Shown in pieces: positions 38,325 through 44,560 of a stretch of 44,560 bases of DNA. How positions within the stretch are numbered: the first letter of the stretch is position 1; every line of letters begins with the position of its first letter. The DNA is from an uncultured bacterium. GTDB lineage: Bacteria > Zixibacteria > MSB-5A5 > UBA10806. The stretch lies in NCBI GenBank assembly GCA_965541585.1, contig CBEUCH010000021.1:1-44560 (forward strand), read 5' to 3'. The position numbers and the translations under genes are program-made. The notes under the pieces were generated by a model, which ran no database searches, was not told the origin of the DNA, and saw only the letters and a list, made by a program, of their open reading frames with translations.

Positions 38325-39617
38325 CTATCGGAGATCGCGCAGGAAGGAAGCTAAGTTGATATTCTTATTGGAGATAACTAATTTTCTTCTGATTCTCTGG
38401 CGATGTTTATCGACCGTCAGCAAAGATAAATTGAGAGTTCTTGAGATCTCCTTAGAAGAAGCCCCGCCTTTTACTAGATTGCATATTTCAATCTCTCTTG
38501 AAGTGAGCTTTGAGTAAACATGCAATATTCCGCCGCTGGAGGCTGCCAGTTCTCTGAGATTATTCTTTAATGCCTTGTAGCAAGCCATATCTACAATTCC
38601 ATCGTCATTTATCAATTTATGCAGAACCGGCGTCAAAACGTGGTCAACAGTGTCGGCAACCTCCCTTTTGATCTTCAGTTTCTCTTCTTCAAGATGAGAT
38701 AAAACCTCTTTAAGGGTAATGTTTTTTTCCTGAAGTAATTGCTTTTCCTCGATGAGGGCCTGTTGTATTCTTTTCTGCTCAGTGATATCTATATTCATTG
38801 CGACCAAATACTTAGGGACCCTGTTTTCTCGCACAAAATCTCCCGCATATTGAATCCAAATCGATTCGCCGTCCTTTCTGACAAACTCCGTTTCACCCAC
38901 CGATATTGGCTTTCCCTCTTCAAACAGTTTGCTATGACGCTGCCTGCGGGACTCAGAATCCTCAGATTTCATGATCAACTCATAGTAAGGGCGGCCAATA
39001 AGCTCCTCTTCAGAATAACCGTAAATCATACAATATGCCGGATTCGCATAATGGTATATGCCATTTTTATCGGTGAGGCAGATGCCAGCCGGCGAGTATT
39101 CCCATACGGCCCTATAGCGTTCCTCGCTTTCTCTCAGGGCATCCTCTGCATGCTTGCGCTCGGAAATGTCCCTGAAGCTTTTCAGCACAAAGGAGTTTTT
39201 TTCAACTCTTATGCGGACCCCGCCAACTTCAACCTGAATGATGGCACCGTTCTTGCATGTCAACTCGCTTTCGCCTTTATACTCTGAGCCGCTTTCAAAT
39301 ATCTTTTCGATATCCGCGTGAAGTTTTGACCATTTCTCTTCGGGAAACAGGTCTTTTAAGAAGAATTTCAATAAATTCTTTCTTGAATAGCCCAGCAAAT
39401 TGCACGCAGATTCGTTGACATCGACGATTTGTCCTCTCTCATCGATTAGGATGTTGGCGTCAATTAGGCTGTTAAAAAGATGGCGAAATCTGCATTCAGA
39501 TTCTCTGATTCTCCTGCCATGGATTATAACGCCGCTCACAATGCTCGCGGCCAGTATCAGGAATGCCGCGGCGACGGTCATTACCCCCCATGTGAATCCT
39601 AATGACGAGTCTGGCAT
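38325..39617 (-). CDS. Membrane-anchored PAS-PAS-LuxR-type HTH transcriptional regulator
   Basis: Likely start MPDSSLGF at 39617, overlapping the upstream stop; one TM helix; two PAS domains (VN.SAC.LLGYSR..DISERK; ANPAYC.IYGYSEEELIG..DITEQK); LuxR HTH 'LTSREIEICNLVKGG.SSKEIS..LNLS..TV.KHR..IRRKL'. Confidence 0.9.
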   Translation of the reverse strand: MPDSSLGFTWGVMTVAAAFLILAASIVSGVIIHGRRIRESECRFRHLFNSLIDANILIDERGQIVDVNESACNLLGYSRKNLLKFFLKDLFPEEKWSKLHADIEKIFESGSEYKGESELTCKNGAIIQVEVGGVRIRVEKNSFVLKSFRDISERKHAEDALRESEERYRAVWEYSPAGICLTDKNGIYHYANPAYCMIYGYSEEELIGRPYYELIMKSEDSESRRQRHSKLFEEGKPISVGETEFVRKDGESIWIQYAGDFVRENRVPKYLVAMNIDITEQKRIQQALIEEKQLLQEKNITLKEVLSHLEEEKLKIKREVADTVDHVLTPVLHKLINDDGIVDMACYKALKNNLRELAASSGGILHVYSKLTSREIEICNLVKGGASSKEISRTLNLSLLTVDKHRQRIRRKLVISNKNINLASFLRDLR

Positions 39618-40219
39618 ATAAAACCTATAGAATACAATATGTGAGCGATGATGTTTAACACGGCATGAATACCCCAAATTCCAAAAGAGAGAAAATAGTC
39701 GAAGAATGCAAAATAAGCCAAGCTTCCCGAAGAATAAAGTAATAGTGCCGATCCAACCCAAAAGCGGTAGTTTTTAAAGCATGAATGGTAACCTTCTTTC
39801 TGCAAATTCATCAGCGTATAAGCAGAAATCCCCACGTAGAGGGTGTACGCCAAAGGAGCCGTGAGGTCGTTAAAAACATTCAGGCTTCTTGATGCAATCA
39901 CGTCCGCCACGCAAACAAGTAAGAATATTATAATACTTATTCTCAGCGCCCTCCTCATTAATGATCTTTTCTGCCAACAGGAGAAAACAAAAACCATCAA
40001 GCCATATTCAAACGGCATATATATGTGATGAATCCAGTAGTAATCGGTCTTGTTGAGAGTTTGGTAGAAGGTATAACCTTCTACCAAAACCACCATCGCA
40101 AATAGAAAAAGAAGTATTTTCATATCTGGACTTAACCTGCGATACAAGTATACGCCAACAGATACAGGAATCACTGTAGAAGACGCAGCGATTACATATA
40201 ATGGAAAGAGATTCCCCAT
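39599..40219 (-). CDS. Hypothetical multi-pass (about 7 TM) membrane protein
   Basis: 206 aa with about seven hydrophobic segments; 'HHIY..FEY', 'FWVGSALLLYSSGSL..F'; operonic with both neighbours. Confidence 0.85.
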   Translation of the reverse strand: MGNLFPLYVIAASSTVIPVSVGVYLYRRLSPDMKILLFLFAMVVLVEGYTFYQTLNKTDYYWIHHIYMPFEYGLMVFVFSCWQKRSLMRRALRISIIIFLLVCVADVIASRSLNVFNDLTAPLAYTLYVGISAYTLMNLQKEGYHSCFKNYRFWVGSALLLYSSGSLAYFAFFDYFLSFGIWGIHAVLNIIAHILYSIGFICQTRH

Positions 40220-40225
40220 TGGTTC

Positions 40226-40582
40226 CTATCTGGTGCCTGTCAATTCACTTGCAGCAGGACAGTATGGCGGGCAGGCGGATACAAATTCCGCCAGTACGCC
40301 GCCGGTGAGATCATCGCCGCTTGAATTTACGCCTACCAAAACAAAAGTTGGCTCCCCGGTATCGCTTGTCGCGTTATATATTCGGAGCCCTCGACAGCTT
40401 CCCTGATTGAGAATTTCTAGCACTGCGCTTTTACCTACGTATCCGCCCAAAAACGCCCCTGCCCCGGCGGACACGCGATAATTCTTCGTGAGTTCTGCAG
40501 CCTCTTCGAGACTGATCGAATGATCTTCGTCTCCTGTAAATGCCACAAAAACCACGACCAGAATAGAAATGAAGTATCGCAT
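40226..40582 (-). CDS. Small exported protein with C-terminal CPPxC motif
   Basis: Signal-like N-terminus; 'HSISLEEAAELTKNYR', 'ILNQGSCRGLRIY', 'VLVGVNSSGDDL', 'ACPPYCP'; GAAGGAG RBS. Confidence 0.85.
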   Translation of the reverse strand: MRYFISILVVVFVAFTGDEDHSISLEEAAELTKNYRVSAGAGAFLGGYVGKSAVLEILNQGSCRGLRIYNATSDTGEPTFVLVGVNSSGDDLTGGVLAEFVSACPPYCPAASELTGTR

Positions 40583-41235
40583 TTCTTTTCTCCTTCAAAG
40601 TTAAATTATGTTTCTGGACTTAATTAGAACAGAGACTGTTTTTTCAGTGTGAATACCCCTCTTTTTGATGTTGTTTCAGATTTAGCTTTTTTTGCTTTGC
40701 GCTTTTAGCTTGGTGTTAATGCCTCCCCCTTTTTTTGGTGTTAAATGCCCCCTTCAACCAAAATGTAAGATTCAGATTGACGTTTTTTAGTCAATGCTAT
40801 CCCGTTTTCATTCCTCCTTTAGACATTACTGTCTTTCAGTTCAAACATCAGCCCAAGAATCGTCAGAAGATGCAGAATTTTTAACTGACGTTGTGTTGAA
40901 ATTCTTATAGCCTGCACAATTAATACAATTTTGAGAGGTTCATGCTCCCCTGCCGATATACCCCTTTCTCGGCTTACGATGACGGTTAAGATAGGCATCA
41001 TAGAATACTAAGAATCCAATAACGTTAAACTCAAATCGCTCGCTCCTATGCAACACAATATTTGGGCCTCAACGGGCAATCGCTCCCGTAAATCGGCGCC
41101 GAATGTTCCCGGGGGGAGGGAATTGCACTATATATAACAACTCCGAATATCGGCTGTCAAGTCATTTATTACACCCATCCCTCAGCCGCCGGGGGGGAGG
41201 ATTTAGGCCGATGAAGCGCAAGTGGAATTGCGCCT

Positions 41236-41266
41236 CATTTCCGATAAGTTACAATTATCGGAAACG
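41236..41266. repeat. Palindromic site, copy 3
   Basis: 31/31 identical to 1634-1664 in direct orientation. Confidence 0.9.
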
Positions 41267-41292
41267 AAAAAGCCCCGACCGAAGCCGGGGCT
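41267..41292 (-). terminator. Rho-independent terminator
   Basis: AGCCCCG/CGGGGCT stem with an A-tract, 14 bp after the 41307 stop. Confidence 0.75.
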
Positions 41293-41306
41293 CATTGAGC
41301 CGATTC

Positions 41307-41888
41307 TTATTCCGGTGGAAAAGGCGTATATGGTGAAATAGGAGTATACTTCATCGATACGGTCGCCCATGGACCTCTATTGTTTTCCCGATGCACCGTA
41401 AAACGACTCAGGGAATTGGCCGAGACCCTCAGTAAAAAACCATAATACGGCAGCCTTCCGTCAGCCCAGCGCATGCAGAGATCCGTGAAGTCTATGCTGA
41501 TCTCCTGGTTGTCCGGTAGTGTAATCATCTTCTCCGCATAAAAGACATCATCAAAATCCCCACCAGGCTCAGTCCAGGGCAAATCCCAGGTGACGTTGTT
41601 GGCATCCCAATCGGTAATAATCGGATGGAGTCTTATGGAGATAAATGTCGTGTCATCCGTTTGAGGCGATGCCGTTAGGTTTAAAAACGCTCTGTCTACG
41701 ACCATGGTCGTATCCGGGAACTCGATCTCAGGTCTCATCAGGACACGGAAGTCGCCGTAGTCAGGCGAGCGGATCACAATGGCCGAATTTATCTCCACGA
41801 TATTCTCATCTGCGAGCGCAACCCCCGTTGGCATGATGATCCAGAGGGCGATTGCCATACATGCCGTATATATTTTTATCGCTTTCAT
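41307..41888 (-). CDS. Secreted DNRLRE-domain-like protein
   Basis: Signal peptide; 'W.ANNVTW..PWTEPGGDF', 'IDFTDLC..W.DG..PYYGFLL'. Confidence 0.75.
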   Translation of the reverse strand: MKAIKIYTACMAIALWIIMPTGVALADENIVEINSAIVIRSPDYGDFRVLMRPEIEFPDTTMVVDRAFLNLTASPQTDDTTFISIRLHPIITDWDANNVTWDLPWTEPGGDFDDVFYAEKMITLPDNQEISIDFTDLCMRWADGRLPYYGFLLRVSANSLSRFTVHRENNRGPWATVSMKYTPISPYTPFPPE

Positions 41889-41924
41889 CTTAATCCTCCT
41901 TGGCTATTCCTTCTTCTAAAGATC

Positions 41925-44560
41925 TCACCTGAGCAAGACCATCTTTTTTGATGCCTTCCCGTAATCCGTTTTCAATATGGAGAAGTAAATGCCAGAGCTG
42001 ACTTCCTGTTCGGCGCTGTTTCTACCATCCCATATCACGGTGTGCTCACCGCCTGGCATGTGGTCAGCAATAAGGGTATTTACCAACTGGCCGTTTAAGT
42101 TGTAGATTTCCAATTTGGCGAATCCTGGCTCGGCCAGATAAAATGAGACGCTTGTTGTGGGATTGAAAGGATTGGGAAAGTTCTGTTGCATGCCGAAATC
42201 GTCAGGCAGGCCTGCATACCAGGATTCCCGCTTCGGTAAGCCATCCAACGGGTCTTCAGTAAGATAATAGGAATAGTCTATATTCCCTACTATCTCACTG
42301 GGATTCGGTATGGGTTCGCCCCACCAATTCCCTTGTGCTGATACTTCAGAAAAGATGGCAGGATACTTCATGTCATAGTACCTGCCTGAAAAAATGCTGG
42401 AAATTGAATTGTAACCGCTGTCGGGAACCACGCCGAAGTCAGGAGGGGGCTCAATAACAGAATCATGCGATTCGATTAGTACTCCGCCTACCCCATTGTC
42501 TTTTATCATCGTCCATCTTATGTATGGGCTGCTGCGGCTATCACAATAGATCCCTATGCGGTTTCCGTTGAATTTGTTCGGCGTGGTGAAAGGTGGATCT
42601 AATACTATTGACGGCGACGAGCTTGCCAGGAAAAGGCCATAATTCCCATTGCTTTCAACAGTATTCGCCATGAGCTCCGATCCCCCATCTATGGAATTGA
42701 AGTAGATGCCTTTTTCAAATCCCGTAATCGTATTTTCCGTCATTTCGACGACAGGTCGTGAATATTCGGTATCATATATGCTAAAATGAACCCCGGTTAT
42801 CGCATTCTGTCCGACCGCCGTTCCATCAATTACGTTAGACTTGATAAAAACATAATGTGGATTAAGGGGGTTTATATTCCCTTCGTAGTAAATGCCATTC
42901 GGGCAATCAGTTATCGTATTGCCTTGCACCCAAAGATCAGCTGCTGGGCCGTATATAGAGAAATTGCCAGTAACTTTGATGCCGTATTCGCCACAATTCT
43001 TGAAATTCGACTCTGAGACGATGACCGAATCTTTCCCCCGGAACTTCAAGTCTATTCCTGCAACCTCTATGTCTTCAAAGGAACATTGAATTGCTATGAC
43101 CGTATCAATCGGAATTAGATAATTACCCGGGTCATCATAAAAAACACCTTTTCTCGCGTGTCTCAGGTCGCAATACTGCAAATTGATCCCCAGCGGACTT
43201 GCTGGCGGTAGGAACTCCCATAAGCTTATTCCATCCCAATCCCCCGGGAGGCCACCCTCAATCCTTGATGATTCAAATACAATCCGGTTATTTTCGTCTC
43301 CAACCGCTTGTAGTAGGCTCCGTCCGGCGATAGCAATTCTGGATCTATTGGGATCACCGAAAACATCATAGCTGTCATACGAGTAGGCCACCAGCACGGT
43401 GCAGGGCGGGTTTACTGTGACCACTTCTCCGGGAATAGGAAGACGTTCGATAGCTATATCGCCAGTAACCATAATCAGGCCAGGCCCCCAATTCTCACTC
43501 CATATTGGGCCGTTCTTAAAAATATCACCGATGTAGAAGATTCCCAGTTCTGACCCAACCACAAAACCGCTTGAGTATACGTCCCAATCCTCTTTGCAAC
43601 TCGAGATTTTGTTGATTGAAATAGTTGGTCCGATATCCCCGTTATACATCTCATTCCAGCTTCTTCCTGAATCGGGGCTTGCCCAGATTCTACCAGGCGC
43701 GATCCCCGATGACGTACCCACAAGAAAACCGGGATATCCCGCGGGTTCTCCTAAGTGGTGAAATACATGCGGGTCAACTACAATAGTGCCTAAATCGACA
43801 TCGCCTGTGCCGTGTATCTTTTGATACCATGTGTTATCAACATTTTTGTAAACACCATTGCTGGTTGCGGCAAACAGCTGGTCGTAGTACTGGCTTTTGG
43901 TAAACTCTTTGACCTCTACGGCACCGACGAGCCCGTTATCGAATTGAGTCCAAGAATTATTCTCATACTTGAATACTTTTCCAATTCCAGCGCCCCCCAC
44001 ATATGCTTCCACTGAACTGTTAGGATCAGGTTCGGCGTAAATATCGTTGAAGGATGAATTTGGGAAATATTGGGGAGAACCCCAATTCTCTCCATCATTG
44101 GTCGAGACCCAGGCACGATTATCGCTCGCAGCGAAGGCATGGCTTCCCGATCCGGGTTCAAGATCCAATGCAATTATCGCTGGGCCGAGGGCAGGTGTTC
44201 TATTAACCCAGCTATCGCCGCCGTCGGAGGAGAACATGACAGTTCCGCCGCCATCTGCTTCAGAAGCGACCATGATGAGCTCATTCGACCCCACAAAATC
44301 TGTGGAGATTGACATCCCGTCTTTCGTCGGCTCCCCGACATCGAAAGCGGTTCCCATGAACTTCCAAGTCTGATTATACCATCTCTTGACAAGTCCATTT
44401 TCGGAAAGGGCGAATATTCTCTTGGTGTTGGGATTGTTGTTGTGCTCCGCAAGACTGAGATCGATAACATTGCACTTGTACGTGCCGGTGACGATTTCAT
44501 TAACGGCCAACGTAGGATTTTCATAGTTGATATCCCGCTCCTCTATGATCTCATAGACGT
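41925..44560 (-). CDS. Secreted BNR-propeller / parallel beta-helix protein with FlgD-type C-terminal domain; 5' end outside the window
   Basis: The frame stays open from the track's TTG (44510) to the window edge; S.DGG.SW repeats, 'PGDWDGI', 'AQGNWWG', 'QNFPNPFNPTT...WDGRN...VSSGIYF...KKMVLLR'. Confidence 0.9.
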   Translation of the reverse strand, partial: VYEIIEERDINYENPTLAVNEIVTGTYKCNVIDLSLAEHNNNPNTKRIFALSENGLVKRWYNQTWKFMGTAFDVGEPTKDGMSISTDFVGSNELIMVASEADGGGTVMFSSDGGDSWVNRTPALGPAIIALDLEPGSGSHAFAASDNRAWVSTNDGENWGSPQYFPNSSFNDIYAEPDPNSSVEAYVGGAGIGKVFKYENNSWTQFDNGLVGAVEVKEFTKSQYYDQLFAATSNGVYKNVDNTWYQKIHGTGDVDLGTIVVDPHVFHHLGEPAGYPGFLVGTSSGIAPGRIWASPDSGRSWNEMYNGDIGPTISINKISSCKEDWDVYSSGFVVGSELGIFYIGDIFKNGPIWSENWGPGLIMVTGDIAIERLPIPGEVVTVNPPCTVLVAYSYDSYDVFGDPNRSRIAIAGRSLLQAVGDENNRIVFESSRIEGGLPGDWDGISLWEFLPPASPLGINLQYCDLRHARKGVFYDDPGNYLIPIDTVIAIQCSFEDIEVAGIDLKFRGKDSVIVSESNFKNCGEYGIKVTGNFSIYGPAADLWVQGNTITDCPNGIYYEGNINPLNPHYVFIKSNVIDGTAVGQNAITGVHFSIYDTEYSRPVVEMTENTITGFEKGIYFNSIDGGSELMANTVESNGNYGLFLASSSPSIVLDPPFTTPNKFNGNRIGIYCDSRSSPYIRWTMIKDNGVGGVLIESHDSVIEPPPDFGVVPDSGYNSISSIFSGRYYDMKYPAIFSEVSAQGNWWGEPIPNPSEIVGNIDYSYYLTEDPLDGLPKRESWYAGLPDDFGMQQNFPNPFNPTTSVSFYLAEPGFAKLEIYNLNGQLVNTLIADHMPGGEHTVIWDGRNSAEQEVSSGIYFSILKTDYGKASKKMVLLR

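Noticed and set aside
39618..39761. N-terminal 48 aa of the track's 478-aa LuxR ORF
   Set aside because: They overlap the membrane-protein gene; the start at 39617 gives a normal short overlap. The track's longer starts at 31846, 26759, 20416 and 13594 were trimmed on similar overlap or RBS grounds.
40819..41336. Short ORFs 40819-41001 and 41103-41336
   Set aside because: They have no motifs or good RBS, and the second crosses a terminator and the palindrome.
3238..44524. Remaining short ORFs nested in or antisense to long genes
   Set aside because: They are alternative-frame shadows of well-supported CDSs; duplicated ones merely reflect the paralogous genes.

Overview
This is a 44.6-kb accessory region of a Gram-negative bacterium. 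FlgD/T9SS-type 'N.PNPFN' C-terminal domains occur together with Cys-rich dockerin-like tails, which points to a Zixibacteria-like or FCB-related lineage (inference). No core genes, intact RNA genes, integrase or CRISPR array were seen. The window is dominated by minus-strand secreted proteins (beta-helix, BNR/YCF48 propellers, a 2117-aa adhesin-like protein, a TANFOR-domain protein with a beta-barrel partner). It also carries a czcCBA-type efflux operon with a P-II gene, a saccharopine/lysine dehydrogenase, a frameshifted IS3 element and many integration scars: three tRNA-Ser 3'-end fragments with arm-type repeats, an excisionase-like ORF and a thrice-repeated palindrome. Two candidate novel systems stand out. 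(1) A secreted 'CPPxC' protein, a multi-pass membrane protein and a TM-PAS-PAS-LuxR regulator form an operon next to four paralogous small secreted proteins that each carry the same upstream 16-bp box. (2) Two TrmB paralogs have 3 versus 1 copies of a 22-aa coiled-coil repeat, and their promoter inverted repeats differ in spacing by about two DNA turns, suggesting a molecular-ruler regulator. Each TrmB gene is followed by the same conserved promoter/inverted-repeat/terminator element.
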